Below are positions 36,046-48,554 of a stretch of 64,000 nt of DNA, in pieces. Numbering within the stretch: the stretch's first letter is position 1; the number at the start of each line of letters is the position of its first letter. The notes under the pieces are model-generated. The model saw only the letters and a program-made list of their open reading frames with translations. It did no database searches and was not told the DNA's origin. Origin of the DNA: Neoechinorhynchus agilis (lineage: Eukaryota > Animalia > Acanthocephala); assembly GCA_051530055.1 (NCBI GenBank), contig CM121342.1, positions 16,197,480-16,261,479 of the forward strand, read 5' to 3'. The position numbers and the translations under genes are program-made.

Positions 36046-39000
36046 TTATCTTTCACTATTATACGAGGAAAATTCTAATCTTTGTCGGCTACTTAATTTA
36101 TGTTCAATAAGTCTCCATATTACATCAGGTTGTTGAATCAAGAAGGAACTTGCTCCCGATCTTGTTAGCTTCAGAGAAGCGCAATCATGCCTAAAGTGAA
36201 AGGCGATTATGTTAATCATGGCTACCGATACTTTCTATCAGATGGATTACTGCGAATTCTTAGCGAGGAGCTCAATTTTAAAATGATTTCGTTGCGTTTC
36301 TGTGGTGAAAAATAGATCTTCATTGAGCACTTCAATTGCTTATTGGTATCAGTTGTCGCACCCCAAAAAGTTGTTAATGGTTTCTTATCTAAAAATATGA
36401 TGCTCTCTAACTTTATGATTCATAAAGATTATAATCTAGAGCAAATAGTGATATTAATAGATTTCACAAAAAAACAATGATTAGTGAAGCATTTTCAAAG
36501 CCATTCCATGTTTAATACGATCGAGTTACCATTTATTTGTATGCGTATCGTAGCACTCCATTACACCAACAGTTGATGATCCACTGAACCCGCCAATGAC
36601 ATAAATACGATCTCCGTAGACCTAGTTTAATTTGTATTTGTATCTTAGAGTTTTAGTGACTAACCGATATGGTGAAATTACTTCTGGTATATTTCATATC
36701 AGGGATTTTTTGCCAACGATCGCTAACTGGGTTATATTTTTCACATGTTTTTAAGCGATTGCCGTCGTGTGTTCCTCCGAATACATAAATCATTCCGTTT
36801 ACAGCAGCACCAGCTAAATTCACGAGGCGTTACAGAAAAGGTAGCCAATTAAAACAAACAAATCCCAGATCGCGGAGTTTCCATAGAGCTGACGTATTCC
36901 CAAGCATTCAAATGAGATTTGTAGACCTCTACAGAACGAAGTTGAACATCTCCATTATAACCACCAATCGCATAAAAGAGTTCTAGGTTAAGCCAGGATA
37001 AACAAAATCAAAGATCATCGTATTCAACCTTCACATATTACCAAAGCAAAGTCGCTGCGGATCTCGTTCATCTCAGAAATATCCTCCCACTTACGGGTTA
37101 AGATGTTCATCCGCTGGCCGCTTTTCAGGCGCCGCAACCCATCGTGACCGCCGATAGCGTAGATGTGAAGCGATTGCTGGGAGATTTTTTGTAGCACAGA
37201 GAAATTTTTGGGTTGTGATGATTAAAAAGGTTCTTGTTATGCGGAAAAGTACGCTGTACTGGAAAAATTAAGCAAATAAGTGAACTTTTCGCTAGCAGAC
37301 ATTCGTGCGGCTTGACGATTTTGCATTCTGTGCAGTTGGGTACCCGTTATCTCAATGTATTACTTTGATAAACTTCGATCTACAAACGATTTTTTTAAAG
37401 CTATAAAGATGCGATCGTTTATAGGCGCACAGAAGCAAGATCGACAGACTGAGAAATATTAACGTTGTATAAAAATGCATAAACTAGATTGAGAATGAAA
37501 AATACAATAACTGATAAGTAGGCAAGTATGATTGAGAAAAGTAATGTCACATTTCATTTCCCCACATTTCCTAGCAAATGCCCTAATCGTTGTGAACAAC
37601 TGAACTTAGATAACGTCTAAAATGTGTTGAATTAGCGATATTGAAGTTTTGGGCAACGCAAACCTTCCAGGCTTCAGAATGCTTATTCTTAAAGATAAAT
37701 TAAGATCAACGTTATATTCCTGAACATCTAAGACGTTTCCCTTAAACTTTCGTCCGCCAATCATATACATGCGATTTCCTCGAAAAAATATTTTGTGGTA
37801 AGCTCTAGGAGCTATAGGAACTCATTCCGTGAGTGCAACTATGACGATAAACGATTTACGTGAAATAGAGTGAGGTATAACGATCCATTTGTTGGTGCTT
37901 GGAATGTACACCTCCATTTGATGTTCAATTATGCCGTAATTAAAGCCGCCATTGCAAACAATAAGATAAGGTGGGACTCGTGGTTTTCGAATGGTCGCTA
38001 AATGCAAGCATTGCGGAACACTGAATTCATTTCCGTCAATTTTGAACGTGCGTCTGCGGAAAGTGGTTTTGCCTCTTTCGATAAAATAACTAAGGATGTT
38101 TCTCACACGCAGGTTTTCCTGGATCAAAAAATGATCCTTCAATTGTGTACAATCTTCAGTGGACAAGGAAACGAAGCGGACAAAACTCAACATTTCGATG
38201 AGCTTATCCTTCCTATTCGTAATGTCGTTGGCAATCCAGTCGAGGATAAGATTCACCAGATTTAATTCCTTCGCTGTTTTCCATTGATTCCATGAGCAGG
38301 GAGGAAATTTTATCCAAGAAAAAGTAAAGAGAGCAAAATATTCACTGATAAGTCGATTATGGCGTAATTTCATAGATTATTGATTAACTATCTATGTTCT
38401 AGCCGCGAATCATTAGCAGCTAAAAATTCGTAGCACTATGCCCAATTTTGAACGAGTTATATTGTTAAACGATTTTGCGAAATGTATTGGGACCTATAAG
38501 GATCAATTGATAACATTCCATCTGTATTAAAAAATAGGAGGTTCTTTTCCGCTTAATGAAGATCCAAAAGCTAAACCATTAAGACGAGGTAAAACCAATA
38601 AGTTTGGGATCATTGGAATAACGAGGTGATCACTTCTTATAAAAGATTTCAGTTCGCTGGACGATAGTTCGATTATTCGGCTGGAATCTATAACCTCTTC
38701 AAAGTTGGCACTATGAGTTTGGCTAGCATGGAGAGATAAACTGTATTTGCTTACAGAATTAGTTTAACAATCTTTTGTCTTAGACGATTTAAGCACCGTT
38801 TCGAACATATCCGCCAACAGTCAATAATATTACTATTACTTAGATGGCAAACCAATAGATCCCAACAATTCTTTATTATCGGAAACATCTGTTTGGAAAA
38901 TACGAAAACGATACAAACAACTGCAATAAAAAACCTTTAAATCGATCAATAATTTAAGAAATTTTGGGAAATCTTTGGGATCAATATTGAATTTTGTGCA

Positions 39001-39339
39001 ATAGAGCAAATCTAAAAATTGTTAACTTGATCAGGTAATCGAAGGTAAACCTTACACACCTATCAGAATCCCCAGTTGTTTTGCGCTGCATTCATCTACG
39101 ATCATAGTATTAGTTCTTATTGGAAGCTTTTCTATTCTATCAGTTAGCAGTGATTGAGAACCTAAAAATAGCAATTTTTGATCCTTTTAAGGTACAGTGT
39201 AAGCTTTCAAGACAAACGTACTTAAAACAACAGCGCTATTTACACTAAATGAAATTCCTTCCTTAGATATTAGTGTAAAATCCGCGTATTTCGATCGTTG
39301 AATTGGATCGGAAAAATCGATACAGAACGCCGACTTCAT
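36046..39339 (-). CDS. BTB-BACK-Kelch protein most similar in motif pattern to KLHL10
   Basis: BTB start ADFTLISKEGISFSVN..VVL; BACK LDWIANDITNRKDKLIEMLSFVRF; kelch repeats IYAIGGHDGLRRLKS..MNEIRSD, YAIGGYNGDVQLRSVEVY..METPRSG, IYVFGGTHDGNRLKTCEKY..MKYTRSNF and IYVIGGFSGSSTVGVMECYD..TNKW..LTRSGAS. The start codon is uncertain. Confidence 0.85.
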
Positions 39340-40005
39340 TATGTTGTTAGTCTTTATCGGGAAAGTAACTTTCAATATTATGCATGGTTGTCATGGAAAC
39401 ATAGAGAACCGAAGTCAAAGTAAGAAGGGGACGATTGGCATTCTTATGCAACGTCTTCAGAGAGCGTGGCAGAACAATTCGTTCAAATTGCCATTTATAT
39501 TTGCAAAGAAACATGAGCTATTTCTCGCAATTTTCGTTTCTTGATTCGTAAACACGAATTGTTCTTTTTGCGATTCTAAAGAGTTTAACCATTTCAAGCT
39601 CTCTTGCTACCACAGGTACATTAGTTTTATCCGGTAGATCAAAAATATCCCATTTGGAAAGGAACTATCAGAAACGTTTCACTACTGAAAATAACTTCAA
39701 CGCGCAGAGTAGAAACGCTGTTAGCAATTTAGCCGTTGCTTTTGTTAAGAGAGAAATATAGTCTTAATTATGCGGTTTAACTTATTATCTATTGGTTCTT
39801 TATGAAGTGCTTTTAAAAAGAACTGAAGTGTAAGCATCGCTGGGAAAGACAACGCGACCTAGACTAATTTGCCTCCATTAACCTAAACGAAAAGCCCATA
39901 TATATGTGAAAAATGGCTATTTAGTAAAAATAGTTTTTTGGTGGGATCCAATGAACAGCTGAAAAAGTCATTTACAGTCTAAAGTAGATACGCTTTAAAG
40001 ACAAT

Positions 40006-40775
40006 TCAATATTCAGCTGTCGTTGTTAAGCTGACAGAGGACAGTCTTTGTTGGCGTTGCTCCCGTTCAACTTTCTTAGCCAATCGATTTGCGTAATGTG
40101 ACCTTTTTTCAGGAGATTAGGCTCCTTTTATGACCAAAAATCGTACCTTATATAGTTGTTTGTAGTAGTGAAGCCACGGTGTCTAGGACAGTGAGTGATT
40201 CCTGAGGGTATTTTAACTTTTCGTGCTAAGCCATTAAGTTAATCAAAAGAGCGGTGAATAATAAAAGAAGTCTTACCTGTTTTAAATGGTCGGCATGGTT
40301 GATTGTAGTGATTTGTTTTAGTAACAATTCTCTGAGTGTCTACTTTATCATAGACAACCAACGCTTGCTCAGCTTTTGGCTTTGAATTATAAGATTCGTT
40401 GCAGATTTGTTTCTCGATGTCCTCGAAGGACAGAAGCGATGTTGTTTTGTGAATTTGTTGGTCCATGGGTTCAGTTTGAATTGATTTATTGATTAGGAGA
40501 GGCGAGGAGTATGGCATGTGCCGAGAAGTGCCGTCAAATCGAACAATTTCAGATTTCGAGCAATGATCGATGTCGGTGTTTTTGTTAGAGAAGGATCCTT
40601 TCTTAACCGAAAACACCTACATCTTCGCACTTCGCAAGTGTTGAGTTCGATTTTGATTGTAAAAATGGTGAAGGGATTCTCGGTCACTGAACGTGCAATG
40701 AGTGAGTTGCTGAGGTGAAGGGCATAAAGGTCGAGAAAGGAGGGTATGGTTGTTACAAGTGCTAAGGTCTTCATC
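40006..40775 (-). CDS. Unidentified spliced gene (hypothetical protein), with one in-frame TAG or an unresolved exon boundary near 40618
   Basis: Phase-consistent GT-AG junctions join ...CRPFKT|ARKVKIPSG..NNYIR|SHYANRLAKKVEREQRQQRLSS..EY-stop; no family recognised. Confidence 0.4.
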
Positions 40776-41289
40776 CTAAGCGAAGGAGTATGACTAGAGT
40801 CAGTTTGTATGACCTGACCTTTTTGTGATCGCGAATTTCATTAAGCCATCCAAAACAGCACCAATATTGAACGAGTTTCAAGTCAAATCTAATCATGATC
40901 TAAAAAAGCGTAAACACAAAAGTACCGGTGGTTTTCTGCTTCGCTTGTACACAGTGAAAACTAACCTATATGTTCGAAAGGAACCCACTTGAGAAGAAGT
41001 GAAAGGATTGGGTGTTTTTCGGAACTTCGAAGAGGATCATTGTTCGCCGTATGCGTCGTAATGGTTTCCAATAAATATGTGTGCTTGAAACTATGAGGAA
41101 AAAGGAGCAGTGTCACCAGGATGTACACTTGCTGCATATAAGGACTCGGTGGGTTTAGCCATTTTCTAGACTATTGTACACACCGCCGCCGCCACCGTAC
41201 TACATATATATAACAACCGAAAAATCTGGTGCTTCGGAGAAAAAGAGGGTTAAATGTGTACTTTGTTGACCTGGGCTGGTAGAGCAAAT

Positions 41290-41430
41290 ACCGGGAAAGA
41301 TGGATGGGGTGAAGGGAACACGTGGTGCGAATGCAACGAGGACAGCAAGTGGCACTTCCTGCTGTTGATCAACCAAGCAATACGGCGCACTGCGGCTTGG
41401 GCCGAGGACAAAAAGACGACTTACAGGAAC
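41290..41430 (+). mobile_element. Possible degraded LINE RT C-terminal fragment
   Basis: One frame reads RWMG..HVVRM....GLGRGQK, resembling the RLRWxGHVxRM..GRP end of RTE-like elements. Confidence 0.25.
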
Positions 41431-42029
41431 GACCGTAATGCCTTAGGAACGTATACCAATCGTGATTTGCAGATCAACACCATTTGCAAAACATCAAAAT
41501 GAACGAGTGCTGTCACCAAAGTAACAAAAACCCATGGAGATTGTATTCGATGTTCATCAATGAAGACCGTCGGTCAACACCAACTTTGTTCATTTGTGAT
41601 CGTAGTTTGATTAGCTTTTAAAGCAAGTTGCTCATCAATAATAATCAACGTACTTACTTCCTAAACATTTCATTAATATCACTCACCTAAAAGAGACTAA
41701 AAGACAGTATCGTAAGGAGCGAATTCGTTCAAACAAGACTTATCACAACCAATCCTCACCTTTACATTTCTATCAAGATAGTGAGAGTTTCACTAAGAAA
41801 ACACCATATAATATCGGCATTGCATTCGCTGATGCAATGCTCAGCAGGCCAAAAAATCACAACTTGAGTAAAGTGATTTGAGCTACATGCTGAAGTAATG
41901 GAGCGAACCTAGCGAATTTTAGTGGCATTTCGACAACCACATAGTTGAACCTTGCGTAGCGAATGATATGGTCTAATGCCCTCTCAATGTAACTGGGTCT
42001 TGCATTTAATCAAGCGCTTTTCCTCACAT

Positions 42030-42692
42030 TTCTATTGGTCCGTTGTGGTCCCCGCAATCCACCCATCAACTGCGCTTGCTCTCCTCTCTAAATAAACGAG
42101 CCTGCAAAATTTGCTGCAAGGACCTCCCACCAATCGAAGAACATCTTTCCAAAATCTTCGATGAATACATGACCTCTCTGCGTTCCCTTCCATCTAAATT
42201 TCTCCCGTTCATCTCGCCATGGGAACCCTAGCACATTCCGATTGGTCCGTTGTGAACCCTGCAATCTCATATGCACACCCAACTTTTTGCAATTTATCCA
42301 CCCATCAACTGCGCTTGCTTTCATCTCTAAATAAACGATCCTGCAAAATGTGCTCCAAGGACCTCCCACCAATCGAAAAACACCTTTCCAAAATCTTCTC
42401 CCTTCCATCTAAATTTCTCCCGTTCATCTCGCCAAGAGAACCCGTCCGAAATACACGATGTCCGAACAGATTTAATCCACCTCTCCCCCGCACCACACTA
42501 TAAAAAATCATTTTTTGCCATCGCGCAATCAACCCATGAGTCTAAGGCCTGAATCGGAGGAAAGGCTCATGCACATGCGACGACTTGCAACCTCTTTTCG
42601 AATTCAGTCTCAATCAAGCAGCACGAATCCAAAGATACATGGTTCCCGTGCTTGTTTTGGTGTGTGGTAATAAAAACGTGTTATTATTAAGT
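42030..42692 (+). mobile_element. 3' end of the same CR1/L2-like family, with an internal tandem duplication and 3' UTR
   Basis: WSPQSTHQLRLLSSLNKRACKIC and FCNLSTHQLRLLSSLNKRSCKMC; 3' UTR ccaaagatacatggttccc...aataaaaacgtgttattatta is homologous to 7430-7486. Confidence 0.75.
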
Positions 42693-43104
42693 CTAACTAT
42701 TGCATTTTGACGCACTTTAATTATTTGCTAAAAGCTTCGATTTAAACGATGGTATACAGTTCAAATATTAGACGTTCAATATGGAATTAATGGTGTGCAG
42801 TTGCTCAAAATACGAATCGGCCAATCCCATTCACCAAAAGGAAACTAATTTTTCCTTCGCCACTCATCAAGTCCAGGACATAATTTCGTCCTGCGGAATA
42901 CCATCGATTTTGGCATCACGATCGTAGTCCTCAGATGCGACAAAGCGATCGCTTCATAGTACTTCCAAATTTCTTCAAATTTCCTACGGTTAGGATTTAA
43001 CCGAATTCTCGGGGATGACTAATGATTTTTGATAGTTAAAGCTTTATCCCATCGCAAAATTAAAGATCAAAAATCATCTCTAAACCCGAGTTGGCATGGA
43101 TAGC

Positions 43105-43603
43105 GATATTATTTTTGAACCATTAAACCGTGAATTCAATTTTACTAAATTCGGATTGCACGATTTTTCATCATCGTCCGCTCCATCCATGTAAACGACG
43201 CTCCAGTCCTTTATGCCGTCCAGAACATAATAAAGACTTATACTTGTAAGAATTCTTCACAATTTAAGTATAAACTTCAAGTTTAAACAACAACGTCTCT
43301 ATATCCTTCCCATAGCACATAATCGCGAACGCCAATGGCGCAAATGGAGTTCAATTTATATTTGTCCTTATCTGCTAGCTTAAACTTAATCTGGCCGTAC
43401 TGCTTTATCCGGAGCTTAGTTCCACATCGGTCAAAGTTAAGAGAAGGGTCCGTAAGACTTTCTTTAAGAATGGAGAATCTCTCGATCTTTTCTGGTTTTT
43501 CTTGGAGTGTTTCCTTTATGTCTTTTATGTAGATTGGGAAGGAAGGACAGGCAAGCAGAATCATGGCCCAGAACTTAAGCAAAAGAGCTGACATTTCGAA
43601 CAT
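43105..43603 (-). CDS. Putative secreted protein with a possible F5/8C (discoidin)-like segment; 3' end unresolved
   Basis: Signal-peptide-like MSALLLKFWAMILLACPS; IKFKL..LNSICAIG..VV|ISLYYVLDGIKDWSVVYMDG resembles the discoidin Y.L.YS.DG..W motif. The similarity is weak. Confidence 0.35.
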
Positions 43604-43643
43604 CTTTCGCTAGGATTTCAGCTACTCAAGACAGCATAAGCCT

Positions 43644-44390
43644 TGAAAGCTTATATTAAAATGTTTTTGAGAGTGAGTAATACGGTCTTGACAGCCAACT
43701 GTGATGTGCTCCAGTCAACCGGGAACATTAACCATCGTCCATGGATACCTGTGGACCTTCTCATCAAGCTTTTGATTTCACTAAGGGATTTACCTGGCCG
43801 TGAGAATGCGGGCAGTTTAAGTGAAATGAGAGGTAGAAGTACTAAATTTACTCAGCAATGACAGCTTGAAGTGAACTACTCACCAAATCTCACCATCTTT
43901 AAAACGAGTCCATGAAAGCTTATATTAAAATGTTTTTTTTAAAATGAGTTACACGGTCTTGACAGCCAACTGTCATGTGCTCCAGTCAACCGGGAACATT
44001 AAGCATCGTCCATGGATACTTATGGACCTTCTCATCAAGTTTTTGTTGTTGTCGTGGATTATTATCTTCGGGGGAAAAGATACTTTCTTTTTCTTAATAA
44101 AAAAACCTTGGATTCAAAAATTAATTATTTATTTGTACAACAAAGACGGTTTTCCAATTCGAATCGCAACTAGCTCCAACTCTGGCCAGGAGGATACTAA
44201 AATTGGCTTCCTGAATTCAAGAGATATTGGTGATATTTAGGTGATGTTTCCTTCATTGTGGACGATAACACCGATATCAAGAGGTTAAAAGAAGTGTTAG
44301 ATGCTAGGTATAATAACATCAAATGGACCGCGACAACAGAAGAGAGTTAGCAGCGAATTAGCAATTTTCTAGATGTTATTGTTAGTCGTC
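43644..44390 (+). mobile_element. Penelope-like element RT fragment, degenerate, preceded by a ~130-bp direct duplication
   Basis: W*YLGDVSFIV...LDARYNNIKWTATTEE..ISNFLDVIV (degenerate YVDD region); duplicated segments 43644-43774 and 43913-44045. Confidence 0.6.
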
Positions 44391-47280
44391 GTCTACCTGA
44401 TAATTCACGATTCGTTTGATGTGACAAAGTTCTCCTGGGATACGCACTCGGTTTGTTATAAATGATGGAATAATACTGTTTCGGAGACATCGTATGAGCA
44501 ATATAACTCGCGGATCTTGATCTTTAAACGACTCCAGCGTCGCCATGTACTTTATGACAGTAGTAAAGATTGGTTTGTCCAACCTCATTTTCATAATTTT
44601 GTGAAATACTAATTGATTTCCAGCCGCATGATTGATCAAGTTTTTGTTTTCTAAAATGGACACTGCTCCGTTGTAGTGATAAAGAAAAATCTTCATTTCC
44701 GAGCTTTTACCGTCTTATGGCTTCTTCAGGAATCTACAAAGGAACGTGAAGTTGTGAGGGATTGTCCAGATTGATCATTGCAATTTTCTGAAGACTAATG
44801 CTAGTGTTTTGGAACAAAAACAAGTACTTTATTTAGCGTTGATCGTGAGCGAATCAGCAAATCGGATTGCGAGGGATCGTATGAAAGTCAAATATAGTAA
44901 GCTGGTCCGACAATTGAAACCGGCGATAGGAGGGATGTGACAAATCTCAATGACAGAGTGACATATATACCAGAAGGCATGTTGAACGGTCACGAATACA
45001 TGTTATCCTCACGAGAACCATCATTTGCACTTTCGAAGAAACTGAAGGACCTAAACATCGTGCAGCTACAAGTGGATGTTGCACGATTAGGGCATCAGTT
45101 AAGCATGAAATCATTAATGAAGAACAAGGAGAAAAATGCCACGATACAGAGTAGCAATGAGAACGAGAGAATGAAACGATTATGGGAAGTTGTGCTGCGG
45201 TTCGATTTCGAGAAGCGAGTGATCGCAATTCTTAGCGCTGATGATTACACAGAGAGACGTTTGCTCCATGTGCGGAAGGGTGGGAAGTTCTTACGAATCG
45301 TAACATGGGTCAGAAGATTAAATCGAACATTGATCGAGCTGAACAAGACGCACTTCCACGGGTGAAGAGGAGACTAAGGGACAAGTCGATTCGTATTTCA
45401 TTGAGTGATAGAGGCGGTAACCGAATTTCGATCAATAAAGGTGTAGAAGAGATCATGAGATGGAGGAATTGCTGCGAGATCGGACTAAATATATATGATG
45501 GAATCGAAGAACGATTACGAATTGAAGTGCAAGAATGAAGTGATAGCCGTAAGAGATTTGAAAGGAATGAGTGGCTTCACCCGTGGACCATTGCGGTTCC
45601 CGTGATGTATTCAATGGTCAAAACGAAAATAAAATGCTGGTGCGGTAACATTAACAACAGCGTCTGGGCTTAAATGCAGCAAAGATTATTTCGGCAATCA
45701 ATGGACCTGTGTACCGATTATCTCACTATCTGGCGATTAGCCCACTGTTCCAGATAACGGATTCATTTTTGTGGAATGTAGAGGGCTCACTTAATTCTCC
45801 GAATGTGCGATGCATGATTTAAATGGTAGCCAGGTTATGTCTTTTGAATTTTTCTTGATCCATTCGAACATCGACAATGGGGAAACAACAACCAGAAGCG
45901 GTTGAATGAGAACAAAGAGGTCGTAAACCTATTCGGAATGCTGCCGGCGGAAGTGAGTTGATTCAATCGAATGGTTTTAGAGTATAACCTCTTTCGATAT
46001 AGCGAACGACTTTGTAGACAAATCAGTAGTCTTTGTCCCCTCTTGGCAATGACTTTATTCGGTGATTTGGAAAAGCAGCACATCTTTCCGTATAACGTAT
46101 GGCCAAATTTATCTCCGCTATGTGGATGATGTTCTTTGTACCGACAGAGAGGATTGTGAGGTCAATGACATGGAGAAGAGGTTGAAATTCATTGATCCTA
46201 CTGGAGGGACTGAGGTGACACGAAACAAACTACTGGATTATGTGCCGTTACTCAATTTGTGTTTCAAAGTAAATCATATCATTGATTTCAGTTGATATCG
46301 CAAACTGCAAAAGGATAGTCATGCATCGAGATTCCCATCATCCTTTGGTGATGAAACAGGCAATTTGTGCAGAGATGCACAAGACAGCACTGGTTTGTTC
46401 ATCGTCATTGACGGAAAAACGATTGGAGATAGATAAAGTGAACGCGATTTTCGCTTATAATGGATACAAACGTAAAATGGAAATCTTGTGGTTCCAGCAA
46501 CGATGTGATTCAAGAGATAAGAAACGGAAAAATGATTGTTCACTCGAATCGATATAGAGGAAACCGATTCTCAAGATAAAAATATATCAGTGAAAAGTTC
46601 ACTGGTGACATTCGAAGGCTGCTTCGACGATAGAGAATGGATGTTTCTATTGCCCAGAGAAGTGCTCCTTTACTTAGGCGAATTCTGACGAGAACTGGAC
46701 ATCATGAAACGCGGGAAAAATGTTCGTCCAGGGAAGTTCGTGAGCACAACTGGCCGACAAGATTCAATTTTCACTCGAAGATGCCGATGATAATAGCGAG
46801 TTCATCTACATAGGCAACACTGAACGGCCTTTGCGCCAACGTGTAAAGAAACACGTTCGCAACGCACTTAATCAGGGCGCGAAATCATGGCCGCACCATG
46901 GGCAAAGTACCACCCAGAGTGCCATAGCGATGGAGAAGTAAAACTCTCGACGCGAGTTAGGTTTGTGCTTAAGGATCCAGTGGGCACAATTTCTATCCCG
47001 AACTTTTGGAAGGGGATGGCGTTTCCGCAGATACTGTGAGTTAGAGAGTTTTGGACAACAACTCGAGAAAACCCATAACTGCTAAAAAAGCAGGACGAAC
47101 TTTCCTTTTCGATGTCTCCACTTTAAAGCACACTTCACAACTCCACGTTCCTTTGTAGATTCCTGAAGAAGCCATTCGGAAACAAAGATTTTTCTTTATC
47201 ACTACAGCGAGCCAAGTGCCCATTTTAGAAAATAAAACTTGATTAAAAAGCGAATGTTTGTTTCATAAAAATCGAACGTT
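44382..47280 (+). mobile_element. Penelope-like element (RT plus GIY-YIG) with an inverted 5' segment and a downstream partial tandem (pseudo-LTR)
   Basis: LSSREPSFA; YLRYVDDVL at ~46115; HRDSHHPLVMKQAI..CSS..FAYNGY; YIGNTERPLRQRVKKH at 46800-46860. Minus-strand N-terminal piece LIRCLRNSIIPSFITNR at 44382-44696. 44650-44760 is an inverted copy of 47130-47230. Confidence 0.85.
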
Positions 47281-47897
47281 TATTAAGAAATCAATATCCC
47301 AATGGACTAATTAGCTTTTGCGAGGGGGTTGAAACAATTAGGTTGAAGTGATACTCGGCGCATTGGGAGAACGAGTGCCGCCACCCGTGAAAGAGAGTGA
47401 GAGTTCGACCAAATAGCTCTAGATTTCGCCGAAACACAATTCCATTTGAATTAAGTCGAAAAGTGCAGACTATACGACATTCAAGATAAATTCGGAACAC
47501 TTTTTGATTCAATAATCAGCATTTATTGCAACCTTCTGCAAATTTATGGGACCGAAACAAGGAGGTCGGAATAAAAACAACTTTGAGCGTATATCTCTCG
47601 GAAAAATCGTTCAGGTATTTCGAGTTCAATGGGTATTGCATTTTGCAAATTCATTGGATTTTATAGTAAACAAGGGCAATGCAAGTGTCGTTGCGGCTCA
47701 AGGATTATTAGATAGCTGCATTTAACCGATTTGTGAGACCATATAAAACTTGCTTCAAACTTTTTTCCTTCACTTTCATATTGTTAACGTAAGTTATCTA
47801 AATATGCCTTTTAAAAAAATGGGAATCATGCTTTGTTAGGTTGCAATGTTAATATTGCACTTTAGTTCATCAGTTATAGTGTAATACTTTTCCGATC

Positions 47898-48554
47898 CTA
47901 AGCCAGGAGTTTATCCATGAACTGTTTGACGTAACTGATTTCTGCATCGTTAGACCCATGTCCAATGTCCGCGAATATTTTAAATTCTGTATTTTTAAAT
48001 CCCTTCGACTTTAAGAACTCGGATGAATCCCGTCCGGATTTGAGTGGAACAATATTATCGTCATCTCCATGGCACATCAAGATCGGCATCTCCAACTGGT
48101 CCGAGCTAAAATTGATTTTTTGGATTTCTTTGTAAAGGACAAGCCAGGAACTCAATGCGAGAACACCTCTTAAAGGTTTACGTGGATGAGTGAGAGCTGA
48201 GTAGAGAGCCAAAGCTCCTCCCTGGCTAAATCCACCGATTGCAACTCGGTTAATCCCCGCACTAATTTCTTGATCGATTAGTCTGTGAATTATTTGAGTA
48301 GACATCTTTAATCCATGTTCATCGGTCTTCACATTTTCAGTAAGTCCATAAATATCGAACCATGCAGGCATTTGCATCCCGGCGTTCAAAGTGACCGGCT
48401 TTATTGGAGCATTGGGAAACACATACTTGACATGCGGCTCACGAATGAGTTCAAACGTTGAACACCAGCCCTTTCCGGTGTCGCCAAGTCCATGGAGAAA
48501 GATAAAGGTAGCGGTATGTTTAGTAGTAGCGCTCAGAACATACGGCTCATGCAT
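47898..48554 (-). CDS. Acyl-protein thioesterase / lysophospholipase (LYPLA1/2 family), single coding exon
   Basis: IFLHGLGDTG, CPxAP-like FPNAPIKPVTLNAGMQMPAWFDI, GGFSQGGAL nucleophile elbow, HGDDDNIVP and GHGS; 218 aa. Confidence 0.96.
   Translation of the reverse strand: MHEPYVLSATTKHTATFIFLHGLGDTGKGWCSTFELIREPHVKYVFPNAPIKPVTLNAGMQMPAWFDIYGLTENVKTDEHGLKMSTQIIHRLIDQEISAGINRVAIGGFSQGGALALYSALTHPRKPLRGVLALSSWLVLYKEIQKINFSSDQLEMPILMCHGDDDNIVPLKSGRDSSEFLKSKGFKNTEFKIFADIGHGSNDAEISYVKQFMDKLLA

Noticed and set aside
44690-47190. Hammerhead ribozyme in the Penelope pseudo-LTR (cctgaagaagcc...ggaaa at ~44730 minus and ~47162 plus)
   Set aside because: A CUGAAGA core and a GAAA-like segment are present, but I could not form stems I and III or locate a cleavage triplet. 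At best it is a decayed remnant.
40600-48000. Stop-codon reassignment (TAG as sense), suggested by the in-frame TAG at ~40618
   Set aside because: Conserved genes show no internal stops, and LYPLA ends at TAG where homologs end. TAA and TGA also terminate genes normally.
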